Origin: Macrostomum hystrix
Taxonomy: Eukaryota; Animalia; Platyhelminthes
Direction: 5' to 3'
DNA length: 64,000 nucleotides
Assembly (NCBI GenBank): GCA_950097015.1
Contig: CATNEN010000007.1
Span: 5,456,001-5,520,000 of the forward strand
Part shown: in pieces, positions 13,701 through 25,938 of the stretch
Layout: every line of letters begins with the position of its first letter
How positions within the stretch are numbered: position 1 is the stretch's first letter
The notes under the pieces: generated by a model
The model's database searches: none
Told to the model about the DNA's origin: nothing
Seen by the model: the letters and a program-made list of their open reading frames with translations, nothing else
Program-made: the position numbers and the translations under genes

Positions 13701-16700
13701 AAAGCGTTAGTGTATCTAAGCATTCAGTAAAAAAAATTTTGTCATGAAATTTAGAAAGGGGAAAATCACAAAAAAATCACAAAATTACTACCCAGTAACC
13801 CAAAATTACTACTACTGCAGGGACACAGAAGGACAAGAGAACAGGCAAATTAATTGTCAACTGGTCTAATAAAAAGGGATATTGTCAATTAATGAGGCTA
13901 TGAAAACTCGGTCATGGCAGAAAGGGCAGCCAATCCATCGCCAATGCCACCCAGTCATTTCTGCATTCTTCCTGGCCCTGTGCCCTGCTGGCGATAGCGG
14001 CTACCGGCTGGCAAACAGCTACTCAGCCTCCCCAGTGAGTGTTCCACTGACAGGACTAGAAGGCAACCACAAGCAGCAGCAGCAGCAGAGCAAGCTGAGC
14101 GAGGCAAGAAGGAAAAGAAGACGAAGACGAAGAATGGTCCGGTGGCCGAGCTGCAGCCAGATCCCAAATCCTGCCCTGGAGCACGGCTTCATCAATCATG
14201 CGAACAGAACCGGCCTGGGGATCAGGCGGGGGCTGGGAGAATAGGGACGGCAGCCGCGAAAGTGCAAGCCGCATGGGGGGCGGGGGCAAAACGCGAGCCC
14301 CCTCGGCCAGACTTTTTCATCACTGCTCTTGCATTGCTGGCCATGACAATTTGCATGCGAACAAGGCCTCGTGCTACAAGCGACCGGACTCTCACTCACT
14401 CGCAAACAGACAGACAGGCAGGCCGTCTGCTCAAATTTACTGACGATGAATATTGATGAATATTTATCTTTGGCAAGTGCTTTTCCAGATGAATGCCAAT
14501 TTGCTTGGCAAGAAACGCAAGTCTCCTGATAAAAATAGCACTTCATTGCTAAAAAAAAATGGAGACCGACAGTCGTTCTCACCCGTCAGACGTGAGGTCG
14601 ATCACCGCCAGGTCGTTCTTTTGAAGCACCGCCACCGCATAGGGCTCAGCGACATCTGCACGTGATTTTTTCGATATGTAATAAAATAAATGCCTACGAG
14701 TGATTCTCTTTTCATGAAGACTGTTGGAAATCCAGAACGACCTATTGCAGTCTCACCATTATTGAATGGCGTGTCGCACATAGGAACAATGTCCACAATG
14801 TCGTGCTCCATCTGCAACACGTCGATGTGGTTATTCAGCTGGATGTTGACGCACGGCTGGCTGAGCTCCAGCGGGGAGCCGCCGCTAAAAAGGAACAGAT
14901 CCGCGTTCTCTCGACGACGGTTCAGCCAGAACACCCGCTGAATCGGCCGAAACGACGTGGGAGAGCCACCGTCCGCCTCCATGAGATTGGCTGGAGAAGG
15001 TGATTTTTAATAAAAAATAGCATTTGGTACCTGAGAACCTAAGCACGAAATCTAAGAGAAAATACAAATTTCATGTTACCATTGCAAAATCATTAGAGTT
15101 CTGACTATAAAATTCAGCATTTACTCGATCATACATACATACTTTCCTTTTTTAGTATATTTGACTAGCAAACTCTACCCCCTTCGATGAAAAATGACCA
15201 TGGAATCTTAACGAGTATAGCTGACTTAATATATTGGCTTGTCGCTAAACATATTCAGTTTGCTTACCGTGAGGAAAGATGACCTCTGGCTTTTGAGGAT
15301 TTTTCAAAGACCACTTCACCAACGAGCCGTCTATGTGCGAGCTAATGAACATGCGGCCCTCGTGGTGCCAGGAGACGGAGCACAGGTCCTCCGTGTGCTT
15401 GAAGCGCAGAGCCTCCCGCTTCTGCAGGTCCCACAGGACCGTGAGACCCTTGCGGAAGCCAATTAGCAGCTTGTTTGAGTCCACTGGACATTCGGCCAGG
15501 TGAGCCACGGCTCCTGGGTGCACCGATTGCAGCCTGCGGGATCGTAGAGGCACATTCGTAGCTCAGGGTGTTTTTCTGCACCATAAAACTAAGGAGCTAA
15601 CTATTAACTTCTCTATGTATAGATAGACGAATTGCCAAACTCTAATGCTTTATACAAAGCTAGTTTTGCGAGCCCACTCAGAGCCTATTGTGACGGAATT
15701 CAAGCTCGGGTCTCTGCGGCCTTGTTGCAGTCCCAGCCACAAAGGGATTAATTAGGTCTGGACTATAATTGTCTGGGTAAAATAAGTACCGAAGGATACA
15801 CATGGGAATTCGGGCCGGTAATGGGGTAGAAGATGAAATGAGGACTTTCTGCTACCCGCACCCCGCGAAAACATAATGGCTAATTCAATGATGCCAGTAA
15901 TTATGGAATGGTATCGAGGCCTTCGTGACGCGCAGATTCTTCCTGAGAAGCTGGGTGAGCGGAACAGCAGGCGGTGCAATAAATGCAGCCCAGGAAATAT
16001 AATTACGGCTGCTAATCCTCATCAGCCTTGCCCTCCGCGCCCGAGCGTTGCCCAGGGGGTTGGGCTAGATCAAAGAGGGTCGACAGAGCGAGCCGCACCT
16101 TCCCCAAGGCGGGGTGAAGTGGGCATGCAGACTGTTGAATTCAATATTCAATATATTTCCTGTCATTGTTTCTTTTTTAGTAAGATTTCCCTTTTTAGGA
16201 ACACTTTGATATTACCGAAACTTTAATAAAAAAGGACAGTAAGAAACTTACAAGCCGATGACCTTGTTCCAGTTGATGATGTAGCCAGATAGTTTGAAGG
16301 TCTCGATGTTCATCAGATAGACATTGCCCTGTGTGGTGCCGATGTAGATAAACTTCGATTGGAAGGGCAGGTAGGCCTGGCTGATCCTGGAAGATTGCAA
16401 AATATAATAATTTGCTTGCTTCAAAGATTTATGGATATTTGGTTTTCACTTATGGTTCCTGTCTATCTAATCTATACTTCTTGTCAGTATTTTATCGGTA
16501 GGTTCTTGACCAGTCTTATCCGTCCTTCTCACTAGTAGTCTATGGTTCCTGACCAGTCTAATCAGTTTTTCTCGTCAGTAGTCTATGGTTCCTGATCAGT
16601 CTAATCAGTTTTTCTCGTCAGTAGTCTATGGTTCCTGACCAGTCTAATCAGTTTTTCTCGTCAGTAGTCTATGGTTCCTGACCAGTCTAATCAGTTTTTC

Positions 16701-19700
16701 TCATCAGTAGTCTATGGTTCCTGACCAGTCTAATCAGTTTTTATCGTCAGTAGTCTATGGTTCCTGACCAGTCTAATCAGTTTTTATCGTCAGTAGTCTA
16801 TGGTTCCTGACCAGTCTAATCAGTTTTTCTCGTCAGTAGTCTATGGGTCCTAGCTAGTCTTCAAATGAGCTCTGAAAATCGAAGATGTTGAGGCTGTTGC
16901 TGAACAAGCCCTGTGCGGTGTCTGCGAATTTCCATCTCACATTCTATAGCGACAGAGATGGAGAGATAGAAGAGGAAGGAACACTGAGCAGGCAGCGCTG
17001 AAAGCGGCCAAGCGTAATGCTCAGACTGAATGCGAATAGAAAATCAAGGCCGAATTCGTTCAAGCATATCTGTTTTGGACAGACTGGCTAGCAGAGCCAA
17101 CAGTGCAACAAATAATTGAGGCTCCCGGGATCAAGCCCGCAAATTCTGGGACGCGCCGCTTGTAGTCGCCTTCACCATCTCTCTCTCCTCTCTCTTTCTT
17201 TTCCGTCCTCAACATACACTTTTACGCTACCCAGCAGTCCCGACATCGCCTGCCGAAGCAAAAGTCGCAAGTCTTTCAAGCGATGTCAAAAAGAGCGCTG
17301 TGATGTGCGTGCGCGCGTGTCTGTTTGTGCGTCCTGAGATCATGGGTGGTTTTGGCTGATCTCAAAATCTAGACTTTGGAGACGTGGCTAGAATTAGCAA
17401 ATCTGGAAATCCGTCTGGAAAGGACAGACGGGGGTTAGACAGGGTAGGCGGTGGCGGCGACAGCAGCAGCAGCAGCAGCAGCAGCGGCAGCAGCAAATAC
17501 TGCCATTGCCAATGCAGGCATTGAGGTTTGCCAGCCTGTCTGACAATGTTTAAAAGCAACAATCAGACAGATTGAATCGCCATATTTAATTTAGCGGAAT
17601 GTCTGCAGACTCCCAGCGCCAACCCCACCCTCCAGTTCACTCGGTGTAGACAGCTTTTAAGAGGCCCTTGCCTAGAATAATCCCGCAACCACAAGTAAGA
17701 CAATGAGTGCAGCTGGGAGTGGCTTTTTTGCTCAAATTCTGCTCAAATTCTGCTCAGAGTCTGCTCAGAGCATGTTCAGAGTTCACGCAGTGTCACAGCT
17801 CGGCTTCGAATCATTAGGGATTAACAAAAGATTTCCACAGGCTGACAGCTACGCCACGCGAATCATGAAAAGTGGGAAAACTCGCTTGAGTCCAGTCCCT
17901 CCAAAGCTTGGAGGAGCTTTATTCAATGATTTAACCTGAGCCCCTGCCGCTGCCATTGACAGGTTCCCTTGTTTTTTGTTTGTGAAGGCCCTGATCCCCA
18001 GGCTTCGAGTTATCGCTGTGAGGATCAGAAAACTGCAAAGCAGAAAACTAGGGAGACAGAGAGGAGCAGATAAAGTGCAGGACTCCGGCGGGCCCTGGAA
18101 GACGGGAACAAAAGCAACAAGATGGAGCGGGGAGAAGGCTGCCGCTGATCGAAATGAGGTTGAGCTGAGAACAATGCCACCAGATGCAGCCACTATTTGG
18201 CGCGGAAGCACGCAGCGGGCAGGACTTTGTGGCTCCCCATTGCTGACAAAGAAATGCTGCCAAAGGGAATTAGAATGCGGAAAGCAACGCAGTCGACCCA
18301 CCGCCGCCCCACCATGACGGAGGGGGCTGGGGGTAAGCAAAACAGAAGCAGCTCTCCCACCGCCCTGGCGTAGGTTAAAATAAATTGCTGCCGGGCGAGA
18401 TCGAAAAAAATGGAACTGCGATTTTTTTTCGCGTCTGTCACCCGGCTCCGGGCCTCTGTTGTTTTTACTCCGCGCCGTCTCTGTCTGTCCTTGCTGTCAA
18501 TGCGCGAGTCTTAGGGGGGGGGGCATTTTCCGGCTTTTTAGTCGACTGAGAAACAGCACGGGCGCAAACCGAAGGGAGGAAGGGGGCGTTGGTGAGCCCA
18601 CTGGGGTAGCGAAGAGAGATCTATAAGCAGCAGCAGCAGCGGCAGCAGCAGCGGCACTGCCTATCTCACAGACCGCAGCCGTCGTGTCCACGCCCACCCA
18701 CCCAAAAAAACGCCGTCAGTTTTTCTAGTAGCCGCCTCGGGCCGCGCCAGCATTTAATAATTTCTCCCTAGCGGCTCCCCGCAATATCCCGCCCTGCAAC
18801 GCATCTGCAGCACCCCCTGCCAGAATTCCTGGTCCGTGAGAGCATGCTGGGGGTGTGGACGATGAGCAAAAGAGAAAGAAAGAAGATGGGGAATAGATGC
18901 TGTGGGCTGGGATTTTCCATCGAAAGAAGGGAGCTGCCCTGCTAATCCGCAGGGCAAGCCCATCCCTGTCCTTCATTTCCTTTGACACAACAACGCAAGA
19001 CGGAAGGGAAATGAAGACAAGGGTCAGCACTCAGAAAACGAATGGGCTGCACAACAATTGGCAGAAGTGCAGAAAAGGGGATAAATTTAATGGAAGGTCC
19101 CACGTGTAAGGGAGAAATCCCCTTACAAAACTAAGGCAAAAGTTTTTTAATTCTCAAAAAGTATCAGCAACTATAATACTTTACGAGCATAAAGGGCTTC
19201 ATTTACATTACAATAAGGCAAAAATAAAAAAATAATGTATTCTGCTGGACTCAAGAGACAAAATTCATGATTATTGCATTCAATTTTTCCCCTGATCTCA
19301 CAAAAAATTCCCCATATTCTACATCAGAGTCAGGACATATTGATTTCAAAGTCAGTTAAAAGTTCAATTAAAGTTATTCTTGTCCTAAAAAGCCCACATT
19401 AATTTCATACGCGCATCCCTGTTTTTCGTTTATCCCTTAGGAAGTCCTTGAATTTAAGGACAAAAACAACATAGTTTTATTTGCACTGTGGGGAGCATCA
19501 GCAGGTCCCCCTCTACTCCCTCTAATCCTCTCCATAGTACTCAGCCGTCACGAGGCCTTGTGAGTCTATGAGGTTGAGTACAATGCACTAGCATCCCATT
19601 GCTCCCATTAGGGAATTAAAATTCACGGAAAACCGCTGATCCCCCTGCGCTGTGATCTGAGGGGAGCAAGAGAGAGGAAGAGAGACGGTAAATAAAATGG

Positions 19701-22700
19701 GAAGTATGGGGAATGAAAAATTGCGATCGCATAAGCATTCGTGCACATAAATGAGAAGAAAGTTGAGATAACTTTTCAATGAAAAGTCAGACGGGGAAAA
19801 CAGAAAGCAAAGAGATTTCTGACACAGATCCAGGATTCTTGGACTCCTTCGAGGGGGCAGTGGCAGAGCGGTTAACGCGTTTGCCTCTCGCACTAAGATC
19901 CCTGAGTTCGATTCCGCAGCGAGGCCACATTCATTTGGGCTCGCAGCCAAGGCTTAGGGGGCTTGTCGTGCAATTTAGGCCTTTGAGGGCCAACCTTCAT
20001 GGCACAGTGAAAGTGTACACTGCCTGACGATGAGAAAGTCAGAGCAGATGTACACAACAGTGTGAGCGTGTGTCTGCGTAAGTTATCTGTGTGCATGTGT
20101 GCTCAGGAGTCAGCGAAATGGGCAGAATCGCCATCGGGTCTATAGTGGCACTAAATGATGTGCCATGGCCCGCAGCCCTCCTGCAAATATTCTTCAGATA
20201 TTTTTATTTGAGTCCCTTTGAGTACGCACAGACCAAAATACCCAGGAAACTAAAGTAATTTATACCGCAAATGACTGCTCACCATCATCACTTATATAAG
20301 TTTGAGACGACTTCTGAAACTGATAAAAACTCTAATCCACTGAAGGCCCCGCCCCAAACCACTTTTGTAAATCATGCTAAGCCGCACGAATGAGCCGCAT
20401 CAGATCCCCGGGATCGCTTCCCCGGCCTCCCAAACTGGCCGGCAGTTTCCAACCCCAAATGAATAATGGATGCTAGAGCGGCGACTTGCGCCAAAAATTT
20501 TCGACTCAGTTGCACTCTGCGGCCCCGCCCCCTTTCATCTCCCATCCGACGAGGAGGAATTGGCGATAGGAGAAGAGACGCGGCAGGACGCGGGGAGGAC
20601 AAACACGAATACTGGAAAGGGGAGGCGCTGACAAGGATTAGCTAGGACCCTAGCGTCTGCGGCTCGATTCTCCCGGCCCGGGATTAAACTAGACCAGCTC
20701 AGGCCAGACAGGCCGGGTAGAGGGAGAGACAGAGACGGATTTGGCGGCCGGGACAATTATCCTCAATTAAGGCGATACGGAAATGCGACAGTCGCCAGGG
20801 ACAGCTTCCCGAATACAAGCGATGAAAAGCTGCCAGCTGCGATTTTATTTTGATGCAGTCCGGACTGCGAAATATGATACTAAATACGTGCGTCAGTCAG
20901 CAGAATGCGTCTGTGTCAGTCAGCAGAATGCGTCTGTGTCAGTCAGCAGAATGCGTCTGTGTCAGTCTGCAGAATGCGTCTGTGTCAGTCAGCAGAATGC
21001 GTCTGTGTCAGTCAGCAGAATGCGTCTGTGTCAGTCAGCAGAATGCGTCTGTGTCAGTCAGCAGAATGCGTCTGTGTCAGTCAGCAGAATGCGTCTGTGT
21101 CAGTCAGCAGAATGCGTCTGTGTCAGTCAGCAGAATGCGTCTGTGTCAGTCAGCAGAATGCGTCTGTGTCAGTCAGCAGAATGCGTCTGTGTCAGTCAGC
21201 AGAATGCGTCTGTGTCTGTGTCGGCAGACGAAATTACTGACTCCCCAAGGAATGAACTCTCAGGTGATCATTCTGCCGAATGTATTCAAAGCTTGGATTC
21301 CGGCAGAAATGCGAACGCGCTAGTCAGCCGCGCTAGTCTCGTTATCAAACCTCGTGGAGCAACTCAACCCGAAATCAATCAATGGATGCCTGAAGAGTCT
21401 GCTCTCTGCATTCACTGATGCCTGGGGACTCGAGAGAAGCCAAGCGTGTCCGCTGAAGGATGCGGCCACAGATACCGATCAGCATCCCCTGGGGGGACAA
21501 GCCGCTCAGCTTGGCAGGGCATTTCTAATCCGTTTGCCCCCAAATACGAACATTTAATATTCGCCAGTCCTGCTGAAACTGATGCAGCATGAATAGCCAG
21601 CCGCCCATTAGCCTCTGCACATTCAAACGCATTTTCACACCTGAATTCAGTCATGTCGTTTTTTGACTTCCTAACGCGATAAAGGCAATAACAGCATAGT
21701 TCTAAGCGACTATTGAACCGTCTGGATCCCTTTAGAAGCGTCTGAACCCCTTTAGAACCATCTGAACCACATTAGAAGCGTCTGAACCACTTTAGAAGCG
21801 TCTGAACCACTTTAGAAGCGTCTGAACCCCTTTAGAACCATCTGAACCACATTAGAAGCGTCTGAACCACTTTAGAAGCGTCTGAACCCCTCTAGAAGCG
21901 TCTGAACCACTTTAGAAGCGTCTGAACCACTTTAGAAGCGTCTGAACCACTTTAGAAGCGTCTGAACCCCTTTAGAACCATCTGAACCACATTAGAAGCG
22001 TCTGAACCACTTTAGAAGCGTCTGAACCACTTTAGAAGCGTCTGAACCCCTTAGAACCATCTAAACCACATTAGAAGCGTCTGAACCACTTTAGAAGCGT
22101 CTGAACCCCTTTAGAACCATCTGAACCACATTAGAAGCGTCTGAACCACTTTAGAAGCGTCTGAACCACTTTAGAAGCGCCTGAATCATTTTAGAAGCGT
22201 CTGAACCACTTTAAAACCGTCTGAACCAATTTAGAAGCGCCTGAATCACTTAAGCGTCTGGACCAATAGAAGCGATTCCGGCGTGTTGAAAAGTTATAAG
22301 GAAGAAATGACTGACAACGTTCAAGAGGCGTTTGAGTCGTTGGAAAGGGGTTTGAGTCGTTGGAAAGGGGTCTGAGTCGTTGGAAAGGGGTCTGAGTCTT
22401 TGGAGAGACGATTGAGTTGTAAACTAGGCATTTGAAACATCTATAACGCCCGCTTGTCACGGTACCGTGTTAATGAGCCCACGATCGGCTGAGCTGGCTG
22501 CAGCACGGCCAAGCAATTTAATTGTGCACTTTGCCCCGGCCTGCCGGCTCAAGTCCTCATCACTTTTTCTTGTCTGCTAGGGGGATGTCTCTCCGCCTTC
22601 TTGCCCATCTATAGTATAGTGGGTCTATTGTGACTGTCAGCCAAGGCCAGCTCAAAGTGGAGCTCAGCCCAGCCCTAATCTCGTCACTTCCTTTCTCCTT

Positions 22701-25700
22701 CATCATATTTACTCCTTCTGGTTAACTTTTTCTGCTCAGAATACTTCTCCGCCTCTTTGGCTGCGCTCAGCTGGGAGAAATGCATCTCTAAGTGCTGGGC
22801 CTCGTTTAACAACAGAACAGACTAGCCCAGCTTCTTCCTATATTCTGCAGAGTTAGAATTTGGCCGCATCCTGTCCTTCAGTCTCCGATCCACGCACTCT
22901 CTCTGTGTCTATAGCTCCCTGCTTTTAGGGGAAATTAGAGAGGCCGGGCGAGGCAAAACTGGGCGCGAATTAATTGCCCGCCAGCCTTCCTCGCCGTGTC
23001 CGCCCTCGCAAAACGCATCATCGTCTTCTCAGACAGTCCCAAATCCCCTCTTGAGGCTGCTCTGGGGATGGATTGCGGCGGAGGGTAGCTATTGATCTCA
23101 ACTTCCCTTCTGGCCTTGAAGTATGGGGAGAAATGGTTGCCACGCGAGGGAGATAATATAAATGCAGCCCCTTAAAAATAAAAATTGAAAAGAAAGTGGA
23201 CTAGATTGAATTTCAAGAATATTCAAAAAAAAGAATAGAGAGGCCTGGGTAGGGAAATGCGGATGCACTTTTAGCTTCATTGAAGCAGAGAAGTCCACCA
23301 GCTCCAGCACACTTGCTCGAATAATAAATCTCGTCTATTCGCACAGGCCAGAGTATAATTGTCCGAATATTTATTGCCTGGTTATAAATAGATAATGGGC
23401 TAAGCTGAGGATCTTAAAGTGCACAACTCAATAAACATATCGAGCGGTATTCGGAGACCCAGCAATCTAAGCGTAGAGTAAGAAGCCCACCAGTTTACTA
23501 TTCTCAAATCTCTTCGCCACTCTCACGCCCTCCTGCCTCCGACAGTCTCGTTGTGCGCGGCCGCCTCCCTAGAGAGGGTGGAAGCGTCCTTAACAGTCAG
23601 CGCACAACGGAAGGAGGGTGGCAGAGGGAGGGGAGACCCGCGCGGCATAGGCAGCTAACCGTAATTTTTAGCACACACACAGGATACAGCGAGGGCCACA
23701 CAGCCCGCAGCAATCCCACTCCGCCTGCTCAGGATTTTGAGTCCGTGAGCAGATAAGCTAAGGGGGAAGAGAGAAAAACTAGGCCTTTAGTAGCCCTGTG
23801 CGTGCTGGGGCCGATGCTGCAATGCTTCTGATAGGCCACCCTTTCGGTTGAGAATCAATAATTCATATGCGATACGACTGCAATGAGCTCTGTGCCTTAA
23901 GGTGTTGAGCGAGGAATCACGTCCAAAAATATGAATATTTGATTCGTACATTTTATCATGATATGGGCGGACATGCACATCACACCTATCTGAGCTTGCG
24001 TCATTAGATTTGACCGCAGACTTAAGAGAAGCCAAAAGTGCACTCTGACACCCTGAAAGCTGACACTTATGGTTCATTCATGAGTACACACGCACACATA
24101 GCGTACTCAGCCTCACACACGTGTGTACATTATCTGCCCTGACATTCTCGTTGTCAGAAAGTACACTTTCACTGTGCCATGGAGGTTGGCCCTTAAGGGT
24201 GTAAATGGCACGACAAGCCCCCCAAGCCTTCTCTCCGCGGCTGCGCCCCCAAATGAATGTGGCCTCGCCGCGGAATCGAGCTCAGGGACCTTGGTGCGAG
24301 AGGCAAACGCGTTAACCGCTCTGACTCTCATCTCCTTGCGTTGGGCTTAGACCTGTGCAATGCCCATGAACTGGATAGGATGTGGACCAGCTCGACCGCG
24401 GTTTCCCAGAATCACCAGAGCGTGGTCATCGAGCTCTCGTGATTCTACAGTCATGGATCGTCAAACATTGAATGTTTATGCTATTTCTGGCCACTGGACA
24501 CGTGTCTCTGAGATGTACAATATGGTGTTCACAGTCACAATGAGACTGCCCATCGATCTCCCATTTTACGCGCTCGCACTTTAGCAACAATAATCCTGGA
24601 TAAGTGATGAAGGCGCTTACTCTTCTCTCTTGTTGAACTGCATCTGCAGTGTGACGGTCGGCCGCTTCTGCCTGATGGTCCACAGGCTGATTGTGTTGTC
24701 CGATTCGATTGAAATCAGGCCGCCCTGTTAGCGGGCATTGGTGACGGCTATGAGTGAGATAGGCGATCCTTCTCTTGTCTCCCAGGCCCCTGCTTTGTTA
24801 GCTGGTGCTATCGTGGGTGAGAGGAGACGCCAGGAGGCCCGTCAGTCTTGGAAGAGCCACCACAAGAGAGGGACGGTCGAAGCGAAGGATGAGGGAAAGG
24901 GAAAAAAATTGCCGGGGAAAACCGGGCATCGACCGCGCGGGAAAGCTAAAAGTGCAACAAAACTCGCGAACTAGGGCTATAATTGAGCAGGCCACTGCTG
25001 GCCGCTATAAAGAATCTCAGTAGAGGATCAACTTAGATAGAACCGAGCTCAGAGCACAATCAGGGACAGAAAAGGAACTCCGAAATCACCTCCAGTCTGA
25101 GCCAAATCTCCCAGGTGCCCCCCACCCCACGCCGACGGAGCATTAAGATGGGATTGGCGGCAGGCGAGGATTTCGGACAAAGAAAATCGGTCGGAAGGGG
25201 ATGCTGCGGGATGAATTCAAGGCTCGGGGAATTAAGACTGCGCAGCCCAGAGCCGTCGAGAGAAGTAGAAAAAGAGTCGTGTCCACTCAGCTTAAATGGC
25301 TCGCTGGCATAGTGCAAAGCCACGCTCGGCCAAGCTGCGCCTTGGGAGGGGATTAGCCTGGGAAAATTGAGAAGCCTATTCGGGTCTCAGGAGCAGGGTA
25401 GGCTTACCTCGTTGATGATGAAGATGAGCTGCTTCACTGTTTCCTCTTTCTCCAGCCGTAGGTGGCAGTCAACGCCTGCTCGGCCAAGGCTAGAGAAGAG
25501 AAAGGGGAATATTTATGGGCAAGTAAGTAAAATACATTATTCATTTTATATCCGAATTCAATTGTTTAGCACAACCTACATTCTTATTGATCCATGCTTT
25601 GTGCCAATAGCTAAAAGTTTTTGAATCGGATCGAACGCAATGCAGCACGGTGAGTTCGGGAACCCATGGCAAACGATCTAAAATGTAAAAAATTAATGGA

Positions 25701-25938
25701 TTCAAAATATCGTGCTCCTGCTGATTGCATAATCCTCTTCTCTTCTGACGTTCGCAGCTGGAAAAAATTGACAGGAGCAAAAAAGAAATATATATATTAC
25801 CTTTGCCACATTAAAGTGCTCTGATTTCAAATTTTCTTCGAAATCTAGGGATTCCAAATCGGATTTCGAAGTTTGCGAGCCACCTATCGCTCGAATTCCG
25901 TCAAGAACACCTCTTACGTTACGCAAACCTTTCTTCAT
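1784..25938 (-). CDS. STXBP5: Tomosyn / syntaxin-binding protein 5 (WD40-Lgl family), multi-exon, 3' end outside window. Exons: 25938-25801, 25677-25580, 25489-25408, 24724-24621, 16386-16252, 15533-15268, 14990-14757, 14655-14583, 10831-10279, 9656-9555, 4942-4794, 4535-4447, 4244-4168; probable 3296-3171 and 1843-1784
   Basis: GT-AG exons splice in consistent phase to give [14 protein letters not shown]...[118 protein letters not shown]...[33 protein letters not shown], collinear with tomosyn. The last two exons are symmetric phase-0 exons without recognisable homology and are less certain. Confidence 0.95.
2724..2880. repeat. (AAAC)n microsatellite, imperfect
   Basis: Directly visible. 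Confidence 0.9.
3431..3716. repeat. 126-bp tandem repeat, about 2.3 copies
   Basis: Units start at 3431, 3557 and 3683. Confidence 0.85.
7141..7458. repeat. 16-bp minisatellite GGTGTCTGAGTAGGTT
   Basis: Visible array; same unit as 9709-10250. Confidence 0.95.
7534..8274. repeat. 38-bp minisatellite GTATCAGAGGGACTGTTGTATCAACWGGAATTTGATGG, about 19 copies
   Basis: Near-perfect array with one T/A variable site. Confidence 0.95.
9709..10250. repeat. 16-bp minisatellite GGTGTCTGAGTAGGYT filling most of a tomosyn intron
   Basis: Visible array inside intron 9657-10278. Confidence 0.95.
10872..11110. repeat. (ACTGAG)n microsatellite
   Basis: Directly visible. Confidence 0.95.
11984..12078 (-). 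mobile_element. tRNA-like Pol III element (SINE/retrozyme-like) containing a hammerhead ribozyme
   Basis: Minus strand: A box TAGCCTAATGG (12071-12061) and B box GGTTCGAATCC (11994-11984) flank a hammerhead core. Confidence 0.75.
12000..12044 (-). ncRNA. Type I hammerhead ribozyme
   Basis: GACUCUA-CUGAUGA-GCUC(CAAUAA)GAGC-GAAA-CGC-GUC/UCGAGUU: complete catalytic core, 4-bp stem II, stem I with one mismatch, minimal stem III. Confidence 0.85.
16530..16850. repeat. About 42-bp minisatellite (CAGTAGTCTATGGTTCCTGACCAGTCTAATCAGTTTTTCTCGT-like)
   Basis: Visible array. Confidence 0.9.
19853..20195 (+). mobile_element. tRNA-derived SINE family A, near full-length copy
   Basis: A box TGGCAGAGCGG and B box GAGTTCGATTCC; body shared with the copies at 24085, 42640 and 54225. 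Confidence 0.85.
20892..21216. repeat. 23-bp minisatellite CAGTCAGCAGAATGCGTCTGTGT
   Basis: Visible array. Confidence 0.95.
21715..22270. repeat. 20-bp minisatellite TCTGAACCACTTTAGAAGCG
   Basis: Visible array. Confidence 0.95.
24085..24330 (-). mobile_element. tRNA-derived SINE family A copy
   Basis: Reverse complement matches about 19860-20090 (GAGCGGTTAACGCGTTTGCCTCTCGCAC...GGCCACATTCATTTGGG). Confidence 0.85.

Noticed and set aside
19853-19925. Functional tRNA genes at SINE heads (also 35995 and 34380-34435)
   Set aside because: No convincing acceptor stem or cloverleaf; they continue into repeat bodies or are degenerate
20020-20045. Hammerhead in SINE family A (CTGACGATGAGAAAG)
   Set aside because: No stem II between CUGANGA and GAAA; it is a simple hairpin
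17000-23760. Many short ORFs suggesting a nested gene in the tomosyn intron
   Set aside because: No recognisable domains or consistent exon chain
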